The notes under the pieces were generated by a model. It saw only the letters and a program-made list of their open reading frames with translations. It did not search any database and was not told the origin of the DNA. From NCBI GenBank assembly GCA_964016885.1, contig OZ024742.1:89218001-89282000 (forward strand): a stretch of DNA of 64,000 bases, read 5' to 3'. Every line of letters begins with the position of its first letter. Positions within the stretch are counted from its first letter, which is position 1. Origin of the DNA: Eledone cirrhosa (taxonomy: Eukaryota). Positions 12,236-25,064 of this stretch are shown here, piece by piece. The translations under genes were made by a program, and so were the position numbers.

Positions 12236-14219
12236 CCTAAACGGACGGTAGTCCGTTTAGTAATATTGTTGTGGTCGTGTTTTCGTTGGCAATCGTCTGT
12301 TTACGACAGTACAGCGCGGCTCTACTTTATTTAACTGAGATAAAACTTATATGAGCATGAACAGTAGATCATTACGCATCTTTTGGCTTAAAAATCTAGA
12401 AATTTTGTCCAGCGGGAAAAAGTTTATAATCAAAGTTTTCTGATAAATCTTGTGTTCAAGGGAGTGAGTAGTAAGCGTGACGCTAGGGGAGGTAATTACG
12501 AGGTAATTACAAGGGGAGGTAATCTAATATATTTCAAATTGTATTTTTAACTAAATTCATTTATCATAGTCTAATATTTTTAAAATAGGTGAGTGCTCCA
12601 CGATGATGACCCATGTCCCCGCCATGTGGAGGGGATGCTTAGGAGCCATCCAGATATCATGTGACCATTTTTGGTTCGCGGTGTCCACATGATATCTGGA
12701 TGGCCCTTTATATTAATTAGTCATTTATCTGCATAAAAATTATACCAGATCATTCTGATTATTGGCTTGAAATCTTTTACAAAATTAGTATGAGCAACTA
12801 AGAGGTCATCAATAGAAATAGAATTACTTTTTAAAGCTTTCATGCACAGCATTTTGGGGGATTTTAAATAAAAGTTAATATCATAATACTTATTTTGTAT
12901 ACCCACATTGCAGATACAGAGAAACATGACAATCCTATATAAAGGTCGTAGACAGCAGTATCAGTTTTTATCCGTAACACCATTGAAATGCACAAGTTTC
13001 ACCAATTCACTATTATGCACTAATCATCTCAAATGCATTCATGATTTACTAGGTTTGTCATTAAGCCAGTTGCCTCAACTAGATTTCAATTATACTCAAA
13101 AGAACTTTAAAATGTCAATCACTTGTCAGTAATTCACTATGATCATTTAATTATTAGATAGTTCTTGCTTGCATTGCCTTAACAAATAGTAGACCAGATA
13201 GAAAAATGCGTACAGCAAAAAAAAAGTAATATTGTTGGAATATAAACCTTTAAAATACAGGACAAGAAACTAAAATAAAACTTTAAAAGAATAGGACAAG
13301 AAACTAAGATAAAACTTTAAAGAATTGGACAAGAAATAAAAAATCTTACAATAATATTAGTGGCAACATTTTTTTATTCGTTTCATGTGCTATGCCCCAG
13401 TATCTTCTTGATTAGTGCATAATAATTGTCATGCTCTCATTGTGCGTTGCCCCTGAGCGGTTGGTTCTGGTTGGGGTTGGTTGGCTGAGCAGTTCTGCTC
13501 CGTCAGAATGACCAGTGCATGAAGAATTGACCGATGCAGCTGCAGGTCTCCTCCAAGAATGCACTTCTGGTCCCGCAACACCAGACGAAGATGGAGAAGA
13601 CGACCGGGACAAGATGTCGACCCTGACCACCGACTACGGCACCTCCCTCAACCACCCGTCCTCCCTCCCTCTGTCCCGTCATCCCTCCAGTCCTCCTGCT
13701 CCCCCTTCCTGTACGAGAAAGCTGTGGCACGCATTCATCTTGACTGCTGGACTTGAACTCAAGGAGAAGATGCAAGGAGAAGATGGACGGGTTGGTCAAG
13801 ATCAAGGATGAGCGGGACGACAAGACCTTCCGCTGCTGCTCAAGATCTGTGCTCATGGGCCCATGGGTCCATTCACATTATGCATGACACATGAGGCGTG
13901 TCGCTGAATGACGAAATAGGGGTATGGTTATGGCCCAATTGGTGTTCAAACCAGGATCAAATGATCCCCCCGGTCTGACGACGACCTCTGAATGTGGAGC
14001 CCAGAGCCTATGAATGTGGAACTCGATTTTTTACCAATAAAAATTTTGCCACTAATATTATTGTAAAATTTTTTGTTTCTTGTCCAATTCTTTAAAGTTT
14101 TATCTTAGTTTCTTGTCCTATTCTTTTAAAGTTTTATTTTAGTTTCTTGTCCTGTATTTTTAAAGGTTTATATTCCAACAATATTACTTTTTTTTGCTGT
14201 ACGCATTTTTCTATCTGGT
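12236..14219 (-). mobile_element. ~2 kb insertion in a (CA)/(TA) tract; terminal hairpin, fold-back arms, possible Crypton-like remnant
   Basis: Absent from duplicate copy 1. Left end is CTAAACGGAC-GGTA-GTCCGTTTAG. Contains ~185-bp inverted repeats at 13193-13378 / 14036-14219. Confidence 0.8.
13193..14219. repeat. ~185-bp inverted repeats with three ~33-bp subrepeats (GGACAAGAAACTAA..), enclosing a ~650-bp GC-richer core
   Basis: ACCAGATAGAAAAATGCGTACAGC... vs ...GCTGTACGCATTTTTCTATCTGGT. Confidence 0.92.
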
Positions 14220-15879
14220 ATATATATATATATATATACGTGGGCATATAATAATTAGTTTCTCTTAGTCTGCTTATGTGTATGTTTGTGTGTATATAAT
14301 GATTATTTTTAACTACCATTCTTAGATAGGCTACACTTTTGTAAGTGTATGTGTGTGAGTGTTTGTGTGTATGTATTGTCCAAGAAGCCAAGTCCCTAGC
14401 AATATCGAAATAAATTAGAATTATCAAGAATATAAAACGACCACAGTTGAAATCTATATACAAATACACATCTACCCTTTAGCCATCATTTTTGACGGCA
14501 CGGGGCCAACTAGTTTATCATTAAAAAGACGTCACCTTTTTTGATATTTAATATTAATTACTGACATAGACACGCACTTTAAATTATAGTAAGATAAATC
14601 GAGCTCTGGACCAACAGGGGGGTTATTTATTGACCCCCAGAATGATGAAACTTAATCGCAGTCCGAATAACGACTCGGGGCTCAAAACAAATTAATCTAC
14701 CTCACTACAGATTCTGCTAATTATTTTCTCTTATTTTCTGCCTACTATCATTATTATTTCTACTGACTTGTTAGTGCATTGAATATGTTCAAGCTGAATT
14801 TTTATCATCAAAATATAATAATACAAGAGCTATATTTTCAGGTTGCAAACAATCACGAAACTTAATGGATGAATAATAGAGAGTAATGAATTTCTAAATG
14901 AAATTCTCCTACAGAAACAAGCTCCCGAGCATCAGTTAATATGCTGGAAAATACCCTGTTTTGGTGTTGAGACATTTAAAAAACGTTTGCAGTCGTTATA
15001 TAATTTATCAACATTTTTATCCTCTGAATTTTCAAAAATCCCGGCAAAAGCTCTTTCGGTTCTCACAGATCTCATAAGTAAAGCCTATCATTTATGTGCA
15101 CCGGTTGAGAATTTGGCACGCACTAACAACGAACTCAAGCATTGTCAATAAGGGTCATTTAGGCAAGAATTCTTATCGTCATGAAAGGGAAACGTATGAA
15201 TACATTTGTCATTCTTCCATAATCTCATCGGAATTCCATGCCATGAGAAAATATTCAAGACTCCTAAAAGTTTGAATGCCACCATGCTAGTCAATATTTC
15301 AGATAGATAACACTGGTTTATTGTTCGATCCACTGTAACCCATTTCACTGTACAACATACAAATCTTGTGAATCTGAAATCACGTGGTTGATTCAGTTTT
15401 CGAGCAATTTATCATATGAGATAACTATACACAACTTTGAAAAGTATATTTCTATCTAAATGTATTACTGAAACAGATATTCTAGTCCAAGGAATGATAT
15501 TGTTGATAAATATATAGGGAAGTATGTTTCATAGGCTAGAAAGCAATCTTTTCATGCATATTATTTATCGAAAGGAAGGAAAATGGGTTGAATGAATGAC
15601 ACGACCCTACTAATAACCTGAAATAAATCAATCTAATTCTGAACTATTTGATTATGAATAGTTGTTGAGTGCTGCTGGAGATTGTGATTACTCACGTCAC
15701 AGAAGGAAAATTCTAGTGCAGATTAGTGGTTGGTTTAATTCTACCAGAGTAGATATTCACCAAAGTGAAAGAGAATTTCTTCTGTAAAATACACACTACA
15801 TTTACGTATAGAAATATATGTGTGTGTGTTGGAGTGTGTGTGTGTGTGTGTGTACATATATATATTACAAGAGAGAGAA

Positions 15880-15913
<34 letters not shown>

Positions 15914-16174
15914 TGAAAGAGAGAAGTGAGTTGTAGAGAAAATCAGATTATTTGGTACGGTCTCGTTGAAAACTCGATGTTATGCATACAATATTGCCAA
16001 CAAATGAATCAATAAAATATCTGAGTGTTTTACGATTCAGATAATGCGATCACATATTGTATAAAACTTCCATGTTTACAATATATTCCTACCACTCTTT
16101 GAATACAGGTAGGCAATGGTCTTTCGGAACTGCGTTTTTCAAATTTTGTTTAATTTTGCCGAATTCGGTCGCAA

Positions 16175-16340
16175 AAATTGGATTTACAGGCGTCGGACAC
16201 CATGCATTGCAGCATAGAGTTACGGCTCTTTATGAGCTGAGTTCAAATCCCGCCGAGGTTATCTTTGCCTTTCATCCTTACGGGGTCGATAAAATAAAGC
16301 ACCAGTAATGAACTAGGGTCGATTTAATCGACTTTCCCAG
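16175..16340 (+). mobile_element. tRNA-derived SINE (duplicate of 4095-4262)
   Basis: Same motifs as copy 1. Confidence 0.85.
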
Positions 16341-16449
16341 GTTCTGTTTGATCTTTCATATCTCATTGTGAAAGAAGTTAAGCAACATTAATAAAAGTAA
16401 TAGCAAAGCGTGCTCCGAACATCGTGCTACAAATATTATAATTACTGCA

Positions 16450-18380
16450 ATGAAGTCATGGCAAGATTACTTCGACAGGCTTGGAAAAAAGGAGCATAAA
16501 AATAGAACTGGTGCATCATAGAACATCTGAAAGTACCTATGTAGGAGAGGGATAAATCAATCGGACAGTTTCGGCCAATATCCAACCTCAACGGGATGCT
16601 GGCTAGGAGAATAACGACATTTTTAACAAAGAAAGAGCCGATAGACATACCATTCCAGAAATCTTGTCTACAGCATGCACAGGGGATTTGAAGCTTAATT
16701 TGGCATGTAGAAATTGAATGAAAGTAGAATGGTGTTGTTTGGCTTGAATTCGCAAATGTGTATGCATAAGTCCACCTTACGCTAATTCATTAAGCGTTAG
16801 ACATGTTTCATATTCCAGAACTATTAATGCGCTTCATTACTAAATGCTTCATGTCAAATTGGCAGACTTTTGAAATAGACAGAATGATACGGCGCACAAT
16901 TTATCCACTTATGACTCAAGAGCTGCTAGGAAGAAGTAAAGATTGGAAAACATCAGTGTGCGCGTTCATCTATAACATCATTGCCATTACGGAAATAAAG
17001 AAAAATTAAAAAGCATCCTAGTTCAGCTGAAGGAATTATACCTGCAATGTTGACTGCACTCCCTGTGCCAAGAAGAGCCGAATCTCTCCTTCATGCAAGG
17101 TTATATTAAGAATGTTCATTTAGAAATTGGTGGGGGAACGGTTACAGCAATCAACTTGGTCGAATCTATGCATTGCTCTTAAATGATGTCAAGAAGGGTA
17201 GAGAAATAAGAAATAGATACCAAGCTAGATCAAAGAATGAGTACCAGTGTCAATAGCGATTTGACAGCAAATTTAAGGCATGGTAGATCAGCATGACATT
17301 TTGTTAAGGCTCTCATTATCTCGCCAAGATTATGACAGTAGTTGACAGATGAGACGGAAGTGATAGCAGTTCTCTACGAAAATAGTTTGGCCTTCCGTCA
17401 AACATGACAAAATTCAACTTTATTGCACTAATTCCAAACTCAAACTGCTTGTACCATATTTACTGGAATAGTTTGAAATAGAAAAATCCATTGTCATATG
17501 ATGCTACAAGATTTGAAAGACTATTATTTGCGCAGCCTAGCCGTTAATGGTGACAGGACTGGAAAAGAGAGAATAACAGAGGTGGTCAAGAATTAAGAAA
17601 CTTTCAAATGAAGGAGTTGATAGGTGTAGAGCAGACTACACGGCCAAATCTGGAGCAAACACAAAGCAAGTCAATATCCTGCTAAAATAAAAAAAGGAAT
17701 ACAATAAATTATAACTGAAGAAATTCTTCAAATTGTGGTGGGGTGTGCGACCAACTCAGGAAAATTAGGGAGCTACTGTTATTGGTCAGCATGGAAGACA
17801 CTGGAATAATAAAAGGCTGGAACAGATAAGGGAAGACAGAACCAATATTAGATCATAGAGAGGGAACGACACTACTGATTTTTATCGGTGAGGAAGTTAT
17901 CCAACATTGGAATATTTTCAGGCAGCATGCGACCATCCCTGGAAGCATTAGCTTGACGCCATAACCAAGTCTTTAGAGTTCTCATTATTGCGATACAAAA
18001 AATGAAGCGTTTTTAATGCAAACAAAACCAATGCAAGGCTGCATCCAATTGAATTACGAAAGAAAGTGAAAAAACGAAAGGTTACAATGATCAGAAGGTC
18101 GAATATCGGCAAAACAACACAGCGTTCTGATATTATGGCATGATATGAGTTGACAACAAGTCTTGATTGATGAGAAGACAGTGTATTTGGAAAACAATAT
18201 GGAATGAGTTCATTACGGAAAGTATATAAAATACTAAGAAATAAAGGAATGGTTAGATGGTCGAGGATATCAGAGTCTATTGTGTGATATCGTAGATTTG
18301 TGACTAAATCCACCATGTTTTACTTAGTAGGGCTTTGACTTGGAAAATGGAGTAGAGGAAAGATTCAAGAACTGGATACA
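16450..18380 (+). mobile_element. Decayed R2-group/HERO-like fragment (duplicate of 4370-6300)
   Basis: Near-identical to copy 1. Confidence 0.6.
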
Positions 18381-19479
18381 TTATATTTATGGTAAAATTA
18401 TTTAAGTGAAAGTACAACGCTTAGCATATAAACACATGAACACATTATATATATATAGAGAGAGAGATGGGGAAGGAAGAGAACGAGAGACAGACTGACA
18501 CGAATTCAAACGAATACACTTATGAACACGAATTTCGTAAGAGTAGCCTACCTTTATTTACAACAGACAATATATTAAAAAAAAATTTAAATTATAAACC
18601 AAGAGTTATTTCCCTTAAAAAATGAAATACTTAAACTGCACATGAGAATTTTTCTTGTTTTTGCACTTCGCCAACTCCTGCAGAAATATATTCATATATT
18701 CTTCATTTTTGCCTTTCCCAACGTCGTTCCCTCTGCCACTAGCGCGGCACTCCATCCTACGTTCATAGAACATACTCGCTAACTTTAACTACTGCAAGCA
18801 TTGACTTTTCAGTAACATAAAGCAGTGTCTCTACTAGTAAGGTGATTACTGAAGTTAATTGTATGTTTTCTTAACCCATCCACCCAACAAAACACACATT
18901 TCTGCCCATACTTTTTTAAAGTTATTAACTGCTTTTGCAAATTTGCTGCAGCTCTGTTGCATCTGCACATTCATTTGATGATAAGAGAGGGTGTATAAAG
19001 TTCATAACTGCCTCGGATGAATAATTGTTTACAAGTAGAAGAAATTCTAGAGGTCACAAGCAAAGCATGGAATGTTGAGTTCAGAATCCATTACTTCATG
19101 CTATTAGAAATGGCTTTGACTTTCTTTCTCTCGTGCTCTTATATTGTTTCTTTGTTTTGTTTTGTTTTTTGTTTATTTTGGTGTGTGTGTTTGTGGGGGG
19201 GTGCAAACACTATTTCACCTCTTCTTGTTTCTAATATATGGCACAACAAAAGAAGAGAAATTCAAGAACTATATTAACAAAATTTAAATTGATATCGAAG
19301 AAAATGCCCGTAGGTCAATAACATTTTGTCACAAGACAAACTTGACGCTAGGAAAATATATGGAAACATTAATAACATGATAAATATAAAATTGAAAATT
19401 AAAGAATTAGAACAAACAAAAGCCCGTATATTAACGAACTAGATACAGTATAGCAAAGAGTTCCCATTTGCAAGCCCAG

Positions 19480-19530
<51 letters not shown>

Positions 19531-20714
19531 TGGGGATTAAAAAGTTAAACAGTAAAGACTTAATAGATTATTACTTAAAACAGCAAAAAGCAAAACATGA
19601 TATGCGACAATACACAGACATTAAGTTACAGTGATAATATGTCTAAGTATAACCCAAGATATTTAGCAAGTTAACACGAAAACAATTAAGAATATTTCCG
19701 CTAAATGCGGACATTGCAATATTATGTTTATAAAATTATAAAATATTATTAAAATGATATACTCTAGGATTGTAAAATATCAAGGGAAGATAAAATTCAA
19801 GCTAATAGAAAAAGGTATAAATATTCTTAAAATAAATTAAAACATTGACTTTAAATTGGAAACATTGATTTTAAATAGGGGTAAAGAAAATGAAAAAAAC
19901 AACAACATAAGGTGCTAAAATAATATTTAAATAAGATTAAAAATATCATGCTAAAACAGAGAAAAATAAACAGATATGGCCCAATATGAGCAACATTTGT
20001 CAGGGGAAAACAAAAGCTAACCACTTTCTAATATAATCAAGAAATATAAGAGTAATAACAATAAATACTCAGAATTGATCTTAGAAGAAACCCCTTGACT
20101 CTCACTGGTGAACCTTACCCTGATAACCACATCCATCACTCTGGCAACGCTGTTTGTGAGTACTCTGTGTTGAGGATAGTTTTAACGTATGGCGTTGTTT
20201 GACTCAACAAGAAGTTTCCTTAGTTAGGTGACCAGTTTAAGAGAATACCCATGCAAGTGGTTCTTGGAGTAATAATAGTAAAAAATGAACAATAACATGG
20301 TTGGCTGTACAAAAAGGGTTTATTTACAGTATTAACAATTGTTTCATTGGTCTAAAAGCCGCTGATCGCTAGAAATTACGTATTGTGATGCTGTTATGTA
20401 TTTGAGTTTTGTATTTGGTGCTATGGTGTACGTTGGTAGATTACATTCTTTAGCGATTCTTTTATAGTTGATTTTATGTATGTGTGATTCTATTTTTGCT
20501 GCAGTAGGGTAAGAGAGTTTGATAATTTTTTCTGTTAAGAGCTAGGGTATTGTGGGAGGGTTAGGGATGGGCGGGGCGATGTAGTGTAAGGAGTAGGGTG
20601 AGGGGTAGGGTGGGCCGGATGGTGGTGGGGTTGTTGGGGGGTATCCATGTTTTGTGGGAATTAGGCTCCGGGCACAGCGGGACGGGCGCGACGAGAGAGC
20701 GAGCGAGAGCTACG

Positions 20715-20716
20715 AG

Positions 20717-20749
<33 letters not shown>

Positions 20750-20790
20750 TCTCTCTTTCTCTTTCTCTCTCTCTCTCACTCTATATATAT

Positions 20791-20825
<35 letters not shown>

Positions 20826-20908
20826 CTATAATATATATATATATATATATATAGATCACATTATATATATAAGTCTAATATATATATATACACACATACA
20901 TATATATA

Positions 20909-20972
<64 letters not shown>
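20715..20972. repeat. (CT)n/(TA)n/(GA)n compound microsatellite
   Basis: Direct reading. Confidence 0.95.
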
Positions 20973-20976
<4 letters not shown>

Positions 20977-22249
20977 TGAAAAGCATATTTGTGTTGGACT
21001 CTGTTTTGTCGAAGCCTGAATGATGAAATACAAAGTAGAGCTAGTCAGGATTTAAACTAGGAATCTAACGGATCATAACGGAATACTACAATGTTCTATC
21101 GAATCCCCTAATACACCATATCCCCTGATTATGACGAGTTATTTTTAAAGAAATGAATAAGAAAAAAAAGTGGTTGAATACTTTTTTTATATTCCCACAT
21201 CAGAAAACTGAAGATAATTAGACCATTTAGTTTGGTGGCAGTGCTATTGTCGACTCAATATCAGAATCCTGTTTTGGAAATCTTTAATTGTAATATACAT
21301 ATTTCATCATCGTCGCAATATAAATTAAATGACAATAGAAACAATTAATCATCGTCTCGATATAAATTTGTGAAGTTATATTTACCTATCTATCCATTTA
21401 ACCTCATTTCCTTTTTTCTTTTGTTTTATATTAGATGTGAGAATTTCTCACGAAAGTAGACATAATTGCTAAATCCTGCTGGCATTATATCATTATGAAA
21501 TATTGTTTTACAGATATATACCTTGGTCTGTGAGAAACTTTATTTGTAAGCATTTACGTTAATCTAAGGCTGTTGGTAAATAACATCACGTTTAATTACA
21601 TCTGATAGAAATGAGAATGACTTTTCACTGAATTTTAAGTAGGAATGTGTGTCACATTTGAAAAATGCATTGACATTTTAAAGCTCATGTAATTAAATTG
21701 CTGAGACGGAATGAAACCTTTGTAACCTGATTTTTTTAATATAATTGTGATTGTTTGTTTTTTTTTCTTTTCTATTTCCTAATAGAAATATGAAATTTAA
21801 AAATGTTGTTACTATATACATTTGCAAACTTTAGGTATGCTAAAATAAAGGCACTCGTTTCCTTTCACAATTGATTTTAAATATCATGTCACCGTTCTAT
21901 TTAAAACATCGAAAATAATTCTGGGTAAGAACGTAAAAAGTGATTTACAAAAGTAATGAATTATCCATACAAGTATTTACCAATAATGTTTCTAATATAT
22001 GTTATTCTCTTCGCAATAAAAGCAAAATATACTTATAACTGTTTGACAGTTTATATCTATGTCGCTGCTGTATGCGAGGAAATATAATTGTGTGGATAAA
22101 TCAAGGATGTGTGAATAAGAAATGTGGATAGCGTTAATTGAGTACTATAAATGCTTACATGTTTCAATAGCTACTATCATCCGATTCTCGACACGCAAGG
22201 TTAGAATTTAATATTGTTAAAAACATAGGTGTACGTGTTCTATCTTGCA

Positions 22250-23760
22250 GATCATATGATTTAGTTGACCCTATACAATTGTTATTTGTCCGTACTTGTT
22301 CATTCGGTACAGCTTGTCGGTCCCTGTCAGAAAATTGGAATCATCTGATTAGTTTCAAAGGGCTTTTTCATACCTAGCCCACTTCTATTAGCTGTTCTCG
22401 CACAATCCCAGCGTGCGTTCAAGAGTTTCATTCCACTCCCTTTCTTACAGGAATGGGCCGAGGTGGTTCGGAGAAAGTCTTCCAGACGCCTAAAGGAATA
22501 AGTTATTCGGCCATAGTGGGGACATAAATGGACACTAGCCTAAAAGCACCACCTTTGCTATTATTCTAGATCGAAGATCACTAACTTACTGACCGGATCC
22601 AAGAAGTTCGTGCGTACCTCGAGATCAAGGCCGTTCCTGAACAGCACAGCCCACCCCTCCGCCCATTCCAGGTCGATTAATATCTCCCTTCTGTTTCAAT
22701 ATCCTCACTTCGACCTATGAGGGACATCTGTTCTTCGTTTTCCCTCCTCACTAGTATAAATTTGGTGCGTTTGTGTATGAGGTTGTTTGTGTTGTTTTGT
22801 GTTAGTTGGAGCTGTGGCAGTTTGTATTTGTGGTGGTTATGTTGACGGTTATGATGGTGATAGAGTTAGTGTTGTTGTAGATGTGTCTGTTTGGTGTGGG
22901 TGTTGGCGTATGACAATGTATTTTTTGATTTTTTTTTTATATCATCTTGGTTTTTGGTATTACCTTCCTTGTCTGTGAAGTGGCTCTGTTTGACAAATGT
23001 GATTTCGATAGGAGTGGAAGTGTGTTTGTCTATCTATGTGCCTATTTCCTTAGAAGGGGTGGCAAGAGAGAGAGAGAGAGAGAGATCACAGGGGAGGAAG
23101 AGGAGGTGAGAGATTTAGGGAAACACTTATGGTGGCTGTGATGATGCCTGTTGTTTTTTTTGTTGTTGCTTGCTTTGGTGGTGGTGTGGCTTCTGATACT
23201 GCTGATTGTGGTGTTGTTGATTTTGTTGGTGTTGCTGGTGTTGCTGATGATAATGCTGGTTCTGTTACTTCAGTGTTTGATTCTCTTGGCAATGTTTTTA
23301 GTTTCACTGCTGCTCCTAGGTTTGATACCTCAGCTGTAATTGAGTCTTTCGTTTTCACAACAACGGGGGTTCTTTGCTTCCCTGTCACCAGTAAGCTGTG
23401 AAGTATCCAGTCTCACCAATAATACGTGAACGAGGCTTTTAGCTCTTAACTATAATATGAAACTCACTCCCAACTGGAAGGTGAATTTCTGGGATTCTGT
23501 CCATTTTATTTGCTTTTACGTGGAGGAGTACCTCCAATCTGATCGCAGACCAGTGTTCTCCTCGTCTTCTATTTACTTCTAGGTATGTACTACCGCTGAC
23601 AAGAACCACGCAGATATCCTCCTCAGATGGGGTCCCGGAAGACAAGAATGTTACTCTTCGTCTCCCTAAATAGGAAGGCAAAAACATATATTTGACGCTT
23701 CGAAAGGGAGTGTTTGACGGCTATGAATTTACACTTAAAAGCACTGAAATGCCCGCAAAA
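22250..23760 (-). mobile_element. Decayed 5' half of a Tx1-type LINE (ORF1 remnant with Thr-rich linker + AP endonuclease start)
   Basis: 22320-22670 is homologous to 31370-31710 (APE). ORF1-like MFLPSYLGRRRVT..IPEIHL at 23439-23687 and a Thr/Pro-rich ORF at 23086-23388. Confidence 0.6.
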
Positions 23761-24105
23761 AACTATACTCTTGCGATATGTTTCATGTCGGGCATTAAAT
23801 ATTCATGCTGAAAAGTTATGTTGCTTTTGCAGCCGTTTCAACATATGTATTATCATGGTTATTATAGTTGTTTATGTGGTGGTTGCCATGTTACTGATTT
23901 ATGCAGTTTGTTTCTAATATATTCCCTGTCATTGGAGCGGTGTTTGTGGTGTTGGTATTTGTGTTGTTATTTTTGGTTGTGTTGTTATTGTTTTCACAGT
24001 CCTGTGATGGCTGCGGTGGTATCAACAATTTCAACTGTGGGGAATTAATTGCATATATTTTATTTCCAGTGCTTTGTTGTTGTTTTTCTTCTTGCTACTG
24101 CTGCT
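23425..24105 (+). repeat. Direct repeat, partner at ~26545-27215
   Basis: 23680-24100 is almost identical to 26790-27210; the 5' part is more diverged. Confidence 0.9.
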
Positions 24106-24287
24106 CCTATAAGGAACTCCTGGGAAACCCTTTGGTGCACACATTGTCTTTCAAACAGTTCCAAATTTGAAGGAAATCAGCTGTAAGGTGTAAAAGTTAT
24201 TGATAAAAATGATTTGATTTGAGTCGGTAAACTGCCGTGTTTATTGGTTGAATCACAGGAAAAACTTCACACGCACACACACACACA

Positions 24288-24486
24288 NNNNNNNNNNNNN
24301 NNNNNNNNNNNNNNNNNNNNNNNNNNNNNNNNNNNNNNNNNNNNNNNNNNNNNNNNNNNNNNNNNNNNNNNNNNNNNNNNNNNNNNNNNNNNNNNNNNNN
24401 NNNNNNNNNNNNNNNNNNNNNNNNNNNNNNNNNNNNNNNNNNNNNNNNNNNNNNNNNNNNNNNNNNNNNNNNNNNNNNNNNNNNNN
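24288..24486. other. Assembly gap (N run)
   Basis: 199 Ns following a (CA)n tract. Confidence 0.99.
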
Positions 24487-24739
24487 NGTTTAACAATGAT
24501 TAATTTCAAATAGTATCAATTTTTCTTTGTTTTGTAAAATGAAAGGCTGTAAAATGTCTTATTTTTAAAACTTCAACTGATATACTTTGATCTATAGTCT
24601 AAGCCGATGAAATAAAGTCGGGAACATAATGCATGTGTTAATACAGTCTGTAAGTAGTATATGGATAAAAAGATGTAAATTGTGAAAGTTATTGACAAAA
24701 ATATTTCTTTTTAGTCTTGTTTTCTCTTATAGAGGGCGC

Positions 24740-24876
24740 AGTAGACAAAAATCTGAAAATGTGATGACTTCCTACGAAGGTCAGGAGTATAACGCATGTT
24801 TGTACTAAATTTGAAGAAAATCGGTTGGAAGCTGTAGAGGTTACGCGGAAACAGACACACACACACACACACAGTC

Positions 24877-24920
<44 letters not shown>
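24740..24920 (-). mobile_element. Probable 5' end of a non-autonomous Helitron-like element
   Basis: Minus strand reads TC(TA)n AAAATAGAC(TG)n..CCGATTTTCTTCAAATTT, the same motif as the internal repeats at 33830-33980. Confidence 0.45.
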
Positions 24921-24947
<27 letters not shown>

Positions 24948-25064
24948 TAGAATCTGTCCGTGGAATCGACCTTAATGGTAGAGTGTTCTAAAATTGACCT
25001 GAAGTAGTAATTGTTTTAAATATATTTATCTTTCTTAATATTTCCGTAGGAAATACTATCATTC

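Larger units (their letters stand above)
10094..20030 (+). repeat. Segmental tandem duplication, copy 2 (has extra ~2 kb at 12236-14219 and ~130 bp at ~19330-19460)
   Basis: Colinear with 1-7829, with only scattered substitutions/indels and different microsatellite lengths. Confidence 0.95.

Noticed and set aside
13260-13350. Regularly spaced ~33-bp repeats as a CRISPR-like array
   Set aside because: The repeats are contiguous with no unique spacers, there are no cas genes, and the context is eukaryotic; they are subrepeats of an inverted arm.
20325-20380. Hammerhead-like motif on the minus strand (CTAGCGA..GAAACAATTGTT)
   Set aside because: The core is mutated and the stems are poor.
23086-23388. 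Mucin-like Thr/Pro-rich ORF as a host gene
   Set aside because: It lies between Tx1 ORF1-like and endonuclease remnants on the same strand, so it is better explained as an ORF1 low-complexity linker.
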